This document shows, one piece after another, positions 48,069-55,542 of a DNA stretch of 64,000 bases; within the stretch, counting starts at the first letter, position 1; the number at the start of each line of letters is the position of its first letter. Source of the DNA: a bacterium. GTDB lineage: Bacteria > Patescibacteriota > Minisyncoccia > Minisyncoccales > DG-74-3. The stretch is from positions 61 through 64,060 of the forward strand of contig JAUVYE010000002.1 in NCBI GenBank assembly GCA_030603245.1, given 5' to 3'. Position numbers and translations under genes: made by a program. The notes under the pieces are model-generated. The model ran no database searches. It worked only from the letters and a program-made list of their open reading frames with translations, and was not told where the DNA came from.

Positions 48069-48902
48069 ATGAGTTTAAAAACTATAGTTAGTAAAATTGG
48101 TCATCAAGAAAACCTTGATGCTTCAATAGAAAAAGCAGTTGTATTGCTTGGTGGCTGGGACAATTTTATCAGAGAAGGGGATACGGTTTTAATAAAACCT
48201 AATTTTAATACAGCTGATCCTTTTCCTGCTTCAACCTCCATTGATTTTTTAGAATCTGTTATCAAACTTGTTTATAAGGCTGGAGCAAAGGCAATTCTTG
48301 TAGGAGAATCTTCTACTTATTCTTTAAACACCAGAAAGGTTTTAGAAGAAACCGGCGCTCTTGAACTTTGTAATAGATTAGGAGCTAAGGTTTATATTTT
48401 TGATGAAAGAAATTGGGTTAAAAAAGAGATTCCTGAAGGGAAATATTTAAAATCAGTTAGTATTCCTGAAATTTTAGATAGAGTAGATAAAATAGTTTTA
48501 CTGCCTTGTTTGAAAACTCATCGTTATGCTCGTTTTACTGCTGCTATTAAATTAGCCGTGGGCTTAATGCGTCCCAGAGAAAGAGCCATGTTACATATGA
48601 GGCATTTAGAAGAAAAAATTGCTGAAATAAATACTGTTTTCAGACCAGATTTGATTATTATGGATGCTAGAAAATGTTTTGTTACCCGTGGTCCAGAGGA
48701 AGGAGAAGTTAGAGAGCCCAATTTAATTTTAGCTTCTACTGACCGGATAGCTATTGATATAGAAGGCCTTAAGATTTTAAAAAGTTATCCTGTTGAAAAC
48801 AAATTAGATTTACCTCTTTGGGAATTTCCTCAAATAAAAAGAGCTGTTGAACTCGGCCTCGGCGTTAAAACTGAAAACGATTACAAGGTAATAGAAAAAT
48901 AA
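48069..48902 (+). CDS. DUF362-family protein
   Basis: 277 aa. ..GDTVLIKPNFN.. and ..LPCLKTH.. pattern as I recall for DUF362. Confidence 0.55.
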   Translation: MSLKTIVSKIGHQENLDASIEKAVVLLGGWDNFIREGDTVLIKPNFNTADPFPASTSIDFLESVIKLVYKAGAKAILVGESSTYSLNTRKVLEETGALELCNRLGAKVYIFDERNWVKKEIPEGKYLKSVSIPEILDRVDKIVLLPCLKTHRYARFTAAIKLAVGLMRPRERAMLHMRHLEEKIAEINTVFRPDLIIMDARKCFVTRGPEEGEVREPNLILASTDRIAIDIEGLKILKSYPVENKLDLPLWEFPQIKRAVELGLGVKTENDYKVIEK

Positions 48903-48994
48903 AAACCCATATGAAGAAACTATATTATTTCGCTATTTTAGTTATAATTGCTTTGTTTGTGCGCTGGAACAGTATGACTGATAATAAGTTTGTC

Positions 48995-49023
48995 TTGACA
49001 AAGATTTTGATTAGGAAGATAAT
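48995..49023 (+). promoter_or_regulatory. Orphan promoter (TTGACA-17-GATAAT)
   Basis: Read directly. Lies inside a 58-codon unlisted ORF (48911..49087). Confidence 0.45.
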
Positions 49024-49029
49024 GAAGAT

Positions 49030-49223
49030 GAGGGTCTTTGAAACAATAAACATTGGCTTTCTTCGAACCACATCGAGGGCAGGTTAGCCAATATAATCTA
49101 TAGTTCATTCAAGTAAACTCTAATCGCTAGGACGTCAGTAAGTACAGCGATATCAATAATTACGATATTCGAAGACCCTCACATTTTCAATTGTTCTTAT
49201 TCGACACTTATGTGTCTTTTTTT
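49030..49223 (+). ncRNA. Candidate ~190-nt structured RNA of unknown class
   Basis: 13-bp closing helix GAGGGTCTTTGAA (49030..49042) with TTCGAAGACCCTC (49168..49180). Inner hairpins ATTGGCT/AGCCAAT and ATCGCT/AGCGAT. Terminator GACAC-TTAT-GTGTC-T7 at 49203..49223. Confidence 0.4.
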
Positions 49224-49291
49224 AGTATTTTTTAGTTGCTGAAAGACGATTTTTTGATAGAATAAAAACAATAGTATCAATTAAATAATAT

Positions 49292-49999
49292 ATGTTAACT
49301 ATTGCAGGATTAAAAAAAGAATTAAAGTCTTATTCTAGTCCACAAGCAGCAGAAATTTTACAAAGATTTTTCAAAACAGGGCCAGGAGAATATGGAGAAG
49401 GGGATAGGTTTTTAGGAATTAAAGTTGGTCCCTTAAGAAAAATAGCTAAGAAATATAGTGTCCTTGAATTGAAAGATGTTAAAAAACTTTTACATTCTCA
49501 GGCTCATGAAGAAAGATTGGTTGCTTTATTTATTTTAATTCATCAGTTTGATAGAGGAGAAGAGGATTTAAGAAGAAAGATTTTTAACCTTTATTTAAAA
49601 AACACAAAATATATTAATAATTGGGACTTAATTGACTTATCTGCCCCTAAAATAATTGGGGTTTATCTTTTTAATAAACCCAGAGATGTTTTGTATAAGT
49701 TAGCTAAATCAAAGAGCTTATGGGAAAGAAGAATATCAATTCTGTCTACTTTTTATTTTATTAGAGAAAAGGATTTTAAAGATACTCTAAAAGTTTCTAA
49801 GATTCTTTTGAACGATGAGCATGATTTAATACACAAGGCAGTCGGCTGGATGCTAAGAGAGGTTGGTAAAAGATGTTTGGAAACAGAAGAGAAGTTTTTG
49901 AAAAAACATTACCAGAAAATGCCCAGAACAATGTTGCGCTATGCAATCGAAAGATTCCCTGAAACAAAAAGACAGGCATACTTAAAGGGTAAGGTGTAG
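49292..49999 (+). CDS. DNA alkylation repair protein (AlkD-like HEAT-repeat glycosylase family)
   Basis: 235 aa. ..FFKTGPGEYGEGDRFLGIKVGPLRKIAK..HEERLVAL..W.LID.. pattern. Confidence 0.7.
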   Translation: MLTIAGLKKELKSYSSPQAAEILQRFFKTGPGEYGEGDRFLGIKVGPLRKIAKKYSVLELKDVKKLLHSQAHEERLVALFILIHQFDRGEEDLRRKIFNLYLKNTKYINNWDLIDLSAPKIIGVYLFNKPRDVLYKLAKSKSLWERRISILSTFYFIREKDFKDTLKVSKILLNDEHDLIHKAVGWMLREVGKRCLETEEKFLKKHYQKMPRTMLRYAIERFPETKRQAYLKGKV

Positions 50000-50019
50000 T
50001 TTTTATTGATGAGATGTTT

Positions 50020-50089
50020 TATATTGTGCGACATTCAATAGATGATACAAAACCACTGGGGTAGAGGATTGGTGGTTTTTTGATTGACA
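50020..50089 (+). repeat. Left copy of a ~70-nt inverted repeat (box 1 plus hairpin plus TTGAC)
   Basis: TATATTGTGCGACATTCAATAGATGATACAAAACCACTGGGGTAGAGGATTGGTGGTTTTTTGATTGAC, about 90 percent identical to the reverse complement of 54313..54384. Confidence 0.85.
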
Positions 50090-50112
50090 AATACTAATTT
50101 ATATTATATAAT
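50084..50112 (+). promoter_or_regulatory. Consensus promoter (TTGACA-17-TATAAT) for the 64-aa gene
   Basis: Perfect hexamers, with the -35 formed by the end of the repeat. Confidence 0.65.
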
Positions 50113-50128
50113 GAACTCGTGAGTATTT

Positions 50129-50323
50129 ATGCAAGAAAGCGTTCAAGAAACGAAAAAAAATGATCCAGACATGATAGTTTTTCTAGTAACCATCATATGT
50201 TTTATCGTCTTCCTTGTCTGGAGTATTTACAACGAAGAACCACTTGGTATTTTTTTTGCTGTAGGAGCAGGGGGAATTACAGTGGCACTTGCTGTGACAT
50301 ATTGGATGGCTGGTAAAGTCTAA
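50129..50323 (+). CDS. Small two-helix membrane protein
   Basis: 64 aa. Two hydrophobic segments, preceded by a consensus promoter. Confidence 0.45.
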   Translation: MQESVQETKKNDPDMIVFLVTIICFIVFLVWSIYNEEPLGIFFAVGAGGITVALAVTYWMAGKV

Positions 50324-50424
50324 GGAGAAAATCACATAAATAGTTCTATTCCAAGCCGAAAGTCTTAAGACAAGTAGGCGCTTTTTTTTTATTCATCGAA
50401 GAAGGTACGAAATGAATTTTCGAT

Positions 50425-51384
50425 TCATTGAGCTTTTAATTTTTTCCCAGAATGATATTTACGGTGAATGTCGCGGAGACGTTTACTAGTGACATGAGTA
50501 TAGATCTGGGTTGTAACAATGTTTTTGTGACCCAGGAATTCTTGAATAGTTCTTAAATCAACTCCCTGAGTTAATAGATCAGTCGCATAGCTATGACGAA
50601 TAGTATGAGGTGTAGTAGAAATTGGAACTCCTGCCAAGATTGAGTATTTTTTAACAATTCTTTCTATTGAACGGGCAGTTAATCGGCTGTCTGCATCTTT
50701 TCGAGACCTGTAATTAATAAACAGGGCTTTTTCTTTGTCTTTACGGGTTTCTAAATATCTTTTAATCCATTCTAAAGCTCGTTCTGAAAAATAAACAGTT
50801 CTGGGCCTTTCGCCCTTACCAATAATACCCAGCTCTAAATCTTTTTTCTTATTAATATTAGTAAACTGTTCTTGGTTCAAAGAAACTAATTCAGCAATTC
50901 TCAAGCCAGTAGAGAAAAGAGTTTCTAAAATAGCTTTATCGCGCAAACTGCTTCTGGTTCGAGTCTTGGGAGCTTCTAAAAGCTTTTGAATTTGCTCTAA
51001 ATTAAGGAATTTTACTGTTTTGCCCTTTTTAGCACCCTTGGGAAGCTGTATTTTATCAGGGGGGATAGATTGTATATCTTTAGCCACAAAGTAGCTTAAA
51101 ATGGCTCTCAGGGCGATTAAGTAGTAGTTTTGGGTTATCTTTTTAAGTGTTTTACCTCTAATCCTGTATTTTCTTGATAAAAACAGTCTATAGTCCCAAA
51201 TATGTTCATTTGTTAATTGATGAGGGAGTAAATCAGATTTATTAATAGATTTCAACCAAAGAACAAACCTGCTTAGATATCTTTCATAATTTTTCTGAGT
51301 ATTATCTGATAAACCTTTTTCAATCTCACAATAATCTAAAAAATCCGGAATATGATGAATTATTGGTGTTTTTGATCTTTTCAT
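50425..51384 (-). CDS. Tyrosine recombinase (XerC/D / phage-integrase family)
   Basis: 319 aa. N-terminal SAM-like domain. Catalytic residues in ..TGLRIAEL.., HTIRHSYATDLL, LGHKNIVTTQIYTHV. Confidence 0.9.
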   Translation of the reverse strand: MKRSKTPIIHHIPDFLDYCEIEKGLSDNTQKNYERYLSRFVLWLKSINKSDLLPHQLTNEHIWDYRLFLSRKYRIRGKTLKKITQNYYLIALRAILSYFVAKDIQSIPPDKIQLPKGAKKGKTVKFLNLEQIQKLLEAPKTRTRSSLRDKAILETLFSTGLRIAELVSLNQEQFTNINKKKDLELGIIGKGERPRTVYFSERALEWIKRYLETRKDKEKALFINYRSRKDADSRLTARSIERIVKKYSILAGVPISTTPHTIRHSYATDLLTQGVDLRTIQEFLGHKNIVTTQIYTHVTSKRLRDIHRKYHSGKKLKAQ

Positions 51385-51443
51385 ATTTAGGGGAGTTTAA
51401 TGGTATTTAAAGAGAACCCCTTCTAATATGTCGCTTTACCTAC

Positions 51444-51456
51444 ATTGTGCGACATT
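51444..51456 (+). repeat. Box 1 copy (ATTGTGCGACATT) just downstream of the recombinase promoter
   Basis: Exact 13-mer. The local context ACATTGT-GCG-ACATTGT is an internal direct repeat. Confidence 0.85.
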
Positions 51457-51466
51457 GTATATATTC

Positions 51467-51495
51467 ATAATATATGGCAAAAAAAGCCATGTCAA
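51467..51495 (-). promoter_or_regulatory. Recombinase gene promoter (TTGACA-17-TATTAT on the minus strand)
   Basis: Read on the reverse complement. The box 1 copy falls at about +4 to +16 of the predicted transcript. Confidence 0.6.
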
Positions 51496-51558
51496 GTCTC
51501 CTCTTTATATTTACAGGTATAACAAGAAGCTAGGTCGTACAATACAAATCACATTAAA

Positions 51559-52404
51559 TTAATTTAATATTTCTTTAGGAATTAAAACCTGTTCTACCTT
51601 ATCTTTTTCTTTGTCAAAATTGAAGAATCCGATCGAAATATCTTTATATTCTTCCATAAAATTATTATAAAGACTCGTTGCGCGTTTTCTTGTTAATTTC
51701 TTTTCATAAACAAAAATAATAAGTATGGGGATATTAATAATGCTAAATCTAATTCTTCCTGCAATTTTTCTTATGTAATAACGAGTAAGGTTCTCCATCT
51801 CTTTAGGAATATATTTTATTTCAACTATCCTTAAGACTTCGTGGGAATGACTTTTTTTAATTACTCCATCAACTATGATGTCTCCATATTCGCTTTTAAA
51901 TTTGATATTTTTAGAATATCTATTGGTAAATATGTCAAAGAGATGGTCGCCTGTTAGTTGTTCTGCTTTTTGTCTGATCTTAGCGCGACTCTTATAAGAC
52001 ATTCTTCTCTTTTTTCTCTTTGTCTTTTTTTCTTTTTGAATTTGTAGTTTCTCTTTTTCTTCAGATTCATCTTTTTTTATTTTTTCTTCTTGACTCGCCT
52101 TCTCCATCAAAATTTTCGGTATATCAGAACTTTTTGCTTTAAGGATGGCCACAAGTGTTTTCATAAATTCTTCACTGGCTATAATCAAACCGCCTATAAA
52201 AAGAGCGACAATCATAATCTCTTTGTCTCCTGAAAGGATTGCGATCACAAAAACACCAAAACCACCAATTATTTTCTGTAAATTCTTTTGTTCTTGCTTG
52301 CGAAGAATAAAGGCGATAAACGCTAGCAGTATAATAAGCAAAAATAGATATGTTGATATAGCTAGAACACATTCAATGCTTGTAATTATTGAAAGATTTT
52401 GCAT
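51559..52404 (-). CDS. Membrane-anchored protein with a possible C-terminal PD-(D/E)xK nuclease-like domain
   Basis: 281 aa. Three N-terminal TM helices, a K/E-rich linker, then ..GDIIVDGVIKKSHSHEVLRIVEIKY.. (D..17 aa..ExK spacing). Confidence 0.35.
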   Translation of the reverse strand: MQNLSIITSIECVLAISTYLFLLIILLAFIAFILRKQEQKNLQKIIGGFGVFVIAILSGDKEIMIVALFIGGLIIASEEFMKTLVAILKAKSSDIPKILMEKASQEEKIKKDESEEKEKLQIQKEKKTKRKKRRMSYKSRAKIRQKAEQLTGDHLFDIFTNRYSKNIKFKSEYGDIIVDGVIKKSHSHEVLRIVEIKYIPKEMENLTRYYIRKIAGRIRFSIINIPILIIFVYEKKLTRKRATSLYNNFMEEYKDISIGFFNFDKEKDKVEQVLIPKEILN

Positions 52405-52509
52405 TTTGATAAAGAATATTTTTTAATTCCTTAATTTTAGTTTGGTCTTATTTTATAATAAGGTCAAGCTTCATATAGCTCCCTACCCTAGCGATTCTCT
52501 CGCCTATTA

Positions 52510-52522
52510 AATGTCGCACAAT
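52510..52522 (-). repeat. Box 1 copy
   Basis: The reverse complement reads ATTGTGCGACATT followed by TAATAGG, about 105 nt upstream of the 52404 start. Confidence 0.85.
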
Positions 52523-52536
52523 ATTTTTTGTAGTAT

Positions 52537-53331
52537 TTAAATTACACACTGTCCTTGATGTAACATTTTCAACTCTTCTGGTTTTGCAACAAACACGTTT
52601 GTGCCCTTTCGAATGTATACGCGGCCTTCATATTGGTACACATTTTTTCGATTCCATGGGGATACATTAATGATAAATATTTTATAACCCAGTAAATCAT
52701 ACTCTTTAATGGCAATGCTAAGGGCAGGAGAAATACTATTTCTTACACTATTTTGTATTCTCTGATCAAAAACTTGTCGTCGTTGGTCGATTCCAGAGAT
52801 ACTTCCATCATCCTCAACTCCATAAAGAATCAACCCACCCATTTTTGTGTTTGAGAAAGCACATATCTCTTTTGTAATTGATCTCGAGTCAACGCCAGCT
52901 CTCTTAAATTCGTGAATCTGATTTTCTCCATCTTTACATATATTTAGAACCTCATTTTTTGTTGGAAAACCAAGTTTAATAATCTTGCCGGTTTTTATCT
53001 TTTTGCTAATTCTTTGGACTTGATCTTTCTTAATAATTTTGCTTAAGTTTTTAAAATAAGATTTAGAGAGATGTTGGAGTAATGGATTTTTCTCGTAGAT
53101 TCTTCCTCCTTCTTTTTTGAGAATTTTTCCGTGAGCATTTTTCTTGGCAGAAATCAATCCAAAGTCTTTCATTTTTTTTAAATCATTTAAGGTAGGAACT
53201 AGTGATCTGCCAGCTTTTCTGGCTATTTCTTTCGTCAATCTACGACCATTAACTAGTTCAAAAACAGCAAAGCGTTTAGGTGCTCCGCTAAATAACAGTC
53301 TACCTCTGGCTACAAGTTCTTGAAGTTCCAT
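52537..53331 (-). CDS. wHTH plus AlbA_2 (Schlafen-type DNA-binding) domain protein
   Basis: 264 aa. N-terminal wHTH, then C-terminal ..ENQIHEFKRA..ITKEICAFSNTKMGGLILYGVEDDGSISGI typical of AlbA_2. Confidence 0.65.
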   Translation of the reverse strand: MELQELVARGRLLFSGAPKRFAVFELVNGRRLTKEIARKAGRSLVPTLNDLKKMKDFGLISAKKNAHGKILKKEGGRIYEKNPLLQHLSKSYFKNLSKIIKKDQVQRISKKIKTGKIIKLGFPTKNEVLNICKDGENQIHEFKRAGVDSRSITKEICAFSNTKMGGLILYGVEDDGSISGIDQRRQVFDQRIQNSVRNSISPALSIAIKEYDLLGYKIFIINVSPWNRKNVYQYEGRVYIRKGTNVFVAKPEELKMLHQGQCVI

Positions 53332-53336
53332 GAAAT

Positions 53337-53507
53337 TTATTTTTTCTTTATTTTTCTGGCTGGAACCATCCGACTAACAATTGCGGGATCAACTCCTAAA
53401 ACGCTGGCAATATCTTTACTCTGAATGCCTTGATGGGTAAGAGCTAAAACAAGAAGCTTTTTAATGTCATCAAGTAGTTGGTTTGTTTTCTTATTATTCT
53501 TCATCAT
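53337..53507 (-). CDS. Mini-HTH protein, paralog 4 (56 aa, below the ORF-track cutoff)
   Basis: Hand translation: MMKNNKKTNQLLDDIKKLLVLALTHQGIQSKDIASVLGVDPAIVSRMVPARKIKKK*. Same helix-HTH-basic-tail layout as the three upstream genes. Confidence 0.55.
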   Translation of the reverse strand: MMKNNKKTNQLLDDIKKLLVLALTHQGIQSKDIASVLGVDPAIVSRMVPARKIKKK

Positions 53508-53509
53508 AA

Positions 53510-53716
53510 TTATTTAGATTTGTTAGGCTTCTTTATACCTTTTAAAATTTTATTTACACGACCATCACTCATGCCCATAATTTTAGCAATATTATTTTGT
53601 CCAAGATCTGTACTCGCATATAAAAGTCCGACTCCAAGACGTTCCAAGAGTTCAATGGTCCGACCTGAACTGGCAGATTTCGATTGTTTTTTAATTATCT
53701 TCTTCTTTTTCCCCAT
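53510..53716 (-). CDS. Mini-HTH protein, paralog 3
   Basis: 68 aa. ..LGQNNIAKIMGMSDGRVNKILKGIKK. Confidence 0.6.
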   Translation of the reverse strand: MGKKKKIIKKQSKSASSGRTIELLERLGVGLLYASTDLGQNNIAKIMGMSDGRVNKILKGIKKPNKSK

Positions 53717-53718
53717 AG

Positions 53719-53934
53719 TTATTTTCTCTTTTTCTTAAGACGATTTTTTATTACATTTACTGTGTTAGACGATGTATTAAGTATTTCAGCAATCTCAGAA
53801 TTCCCCATTCCGAAACGAGATAGCACCTGGATTCCTTCCGTCGTTGAGAAGTTCTCGGATTGCACATTCATTTGAAGTGCAATTAATACCCCTAATCGCC
53901 TTGCAATAGATTCAAGCAATTCTTTATTTTCCAT
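53719..53934 (-). CDS. Mini-HTH protein, paralog 2
   Basis: 71 aa. ..GMGNSEIAEILNTSSNTVNVIKNRLKKKRK (LuxR / sigma-r4-like HTH). Confidence 0.6.
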   Translation of the reverse strand: MENKELLESIARRLGVLIALQMNVQSENFSTTEGIQVLSRFGMGNSEIAEILNTSSNTVNVIKNRLKKKRK

Positions 53935-53943
53935 GATTATTTT

Positions 53944-54165
53944 TTACTTTTTTTTAAGTTCTGATAATTCTTTACTTATATAGCCGACCTTTTTACTGAG
54001 AATATCTGCAATTTCTGAGGAATTCAGACCAAAAGTAGATAATTCTCTGATTTGTTCCTTAAGCGTTACTTCTTCACACTCATTTGCAATTTTCAACAAA
54101 AGAGAGATAACAATGCTTAATTTGCGATCAATTGATTGGGTGATATTATTATTTTCTTTTGACAT
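53944..54165 (-). CDS. Mini-HTH protein, paralog 1
   Basis: 73 aa. ..GLNSSEIADILSKKVGYISKELSELKKK. Confidence 0.6.
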   Translation of the reverse strand: MSKENNNITQSIDRKLSIVISLLLKIANECEEVTLKEQIRELSTFGLNSSEIADILSKKVGYISKELSELKKK

Positions 54166-54203
54166 ATAATTGACTGTTAAGTAAATAAAAGAGATCCATA
54201 GTT

Positions 54204-54232
54204 ATTATAGTCCCTTAAAATATACTGTCAAG
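54204..54232 (-). promoter_or_regulatory. Consensus promoter of the mini-HTH operon (TTGACA-17-TATAAT on the minus strand)
   Basis: Perfect hexamers on the reverse complement, about 40 nt upstream of the 54165 start. Confidence 0.65.
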
Positions 54233-54312
54233 TGGTAATACTACTATTTACCTATGTAACAAATTTTATCAATAAATTTTAGTACGACTTAAGTCTTTAT
54301 TCATGCATTGAG

Positions 54313-54384
54313 CGTCAAAATCAAAAAACCACCAGTCCTCTCCCCTAGTGGTTTTATATCACCTATTAAATGTCGCACTATATA
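54313..54384 (-). repeat. Right copy of the ~70-nt inverted repeat (contains box 1 at 54369..54381)
   Basis: The reverse complement reads TATAGTGCGACATTTAATAGGTGATATAAAACCACTAGGGGAGAGGACTGGTGGTTTTTTGATTTTGAC. It also acts as a hairpin-plus-T-run terminator after the protease gene. Confidence 0.85.
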
Positions 54385-54499
54385 CCTTATGCGATATTAT
54401 GGTGTCCTAGCGGCTATCCCCTAGTCGGTCTCGAACTTGTGGTTTAATAGGAAATTCAAGGGTTTTTGGGAATATCCCACAACGCGTCTCTGTAATAGT

Positions 54500-55426
54500 T
54501 CAAGGAGATATGTCTCCTAGAAGAGATTTAGCATAATTTATAGAAGTAGAAAAGCCAATCCCTACTTGATTAACTTCTCCTGTATATCTTAAATTTCTAT
54601 TATAAGTTTCGACAGATAAAGAAATTGGGTCCACTCCGCCTATTCTCATTATTGGCTCATAATTTTCAGGTAATTTTAAAAATAATTTCTCTGGTATCTG
54701 ATTAAATCTTGCGTTTATTATCCCAATAACTTTTCCGCTTTTAACTGAAAATAATGGCCCACCGCTATTTCCTTGGTTTACGAAGGCATTTATAGTATAA
54801 ACATCAACACTCTCTTTGTCTTCTTTATATTTCGATTTTGTTTTTGCAGATATTATGCCCGTATGAGTAATGGGGAATCTAAAAATTAATGGGAATCCAA
54901 TAAACGCTACTTCTTCACCTTCTTTTACTTCATTATAATCTCCTAATTCTAAAAAATTGAGCCCACTAACTTCTATTTTAATTATTGCAATATCAGCATC
55001 TTCATTAAAATTAAGCACTTTTGCTTTATAATCTTTTGACTTGCCATTTTCTTGAACAGAGACTATAATATTACCTGTATTATTCTCTATTACATGATTA
55101 GCGGTTATAATATAGCCGTCTTCAGAATAAATAAAACCAGTTCCAGAAGACCATACTTTATTATCCATCTCTAGATATTCTCCACCAGTAAGAGGTATTT
55201 CTTTTAGATTAGTTTCTGCAATTATACAAACTATAGATGGTTTTATTTTTTCCACTAGATCAGGGAGTGTTTCAAGTTTCACATATCCCTCACTTTTTAA
55301 TTTAGAAACTTCCTTTTTTGTCATTTCTAATTCATCCTTTAGGTAATTATAAGCTAAAATACCTAAAATTAGAAATATAACTATTAGTATAATGAAAATG
55401 TAAATTGGAATTGGCTTTTTAAGCAT
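54500..55426 (-). CDS. Membrane-anchored trypsin-like (S1) serine protease without a PDZ domain
   Basis: 308 aa. N-terminal TM, with the triad in TANHV (His), DIAIIK (Asp) and GNSGGPL (Ser). Confidence 0.8.
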   Translation of the reverse strand: MLKKPIPIYIFIILIVIFLILGILAYNYLKDELEMTKKEVSKLKSEGYVKLETLPDLVEKIKPSIVCIIAETNLKEIPLTGGEYLEMDNKVWSSGTGFIYSEDGYIITANHVIENNTGNIIVSVQENGKSKDYKAKVLNFNEDADIAIIKIEVSGLNFLELGDYNEVKEGEEVAFIGFPLIFRFPITHTGIISAKTKSKYKEDKESVDVYTINAFVNQGNSGGPLFSVKSGKVIGIINARFNQIPEKLFLKLPENYEPIMRIGGVDPISLSVETYNRNLRYTGEVNQVGIGFSTSINYAKSLLGDISP

Positions 55427-55542
55427 ACTAAAGTTTGTAATATATAAAAATAAGGTTTTTCTTTGATTGAAGGTAATTTTTTTCTACCTTTTACCATATA
55501 TAGCAATAATGGTAGAGATTTTTCTTAAGATTTTCTCAATTC

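Noticed and set aside
49020-49050. Hammerhead ribozyme core (GATGAG..GAAAC) at the start of the 49-kb RNA candidate
   Set aside because: The CUGAUGA box is incomplete, and only 7 nt separate it from GAAAC, which is too short for stem II.
51444-51475. Reading the box 1 copy next to the recombinase gene as a canonical dif site
   Set aside because: Only GTGCG resembles the XerC arm. There is no 11-6-11 inverted-arm architecture, and the box occurs five times, so a unique chromosomal dif is unlikely. I kept it only as a generic recombination-site hypothesis.
53478-53875. Plus-strand ORFs 53478..53738 and 53684..53875
   Set aside because: They are antisense to the tandem mini-HTH genes, and their hydrophobic low-complexity translations are typical of the reverse strand of K-rich genes.
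54395-54450. tRNA-like fragment (..GTTCGAGACC.. on the minus strand) as a possible integration (att) remnant
   Set aside because: I could not build a T-arm or acceptor stem around the TTCGAG loop, so this is probably chance similarity.
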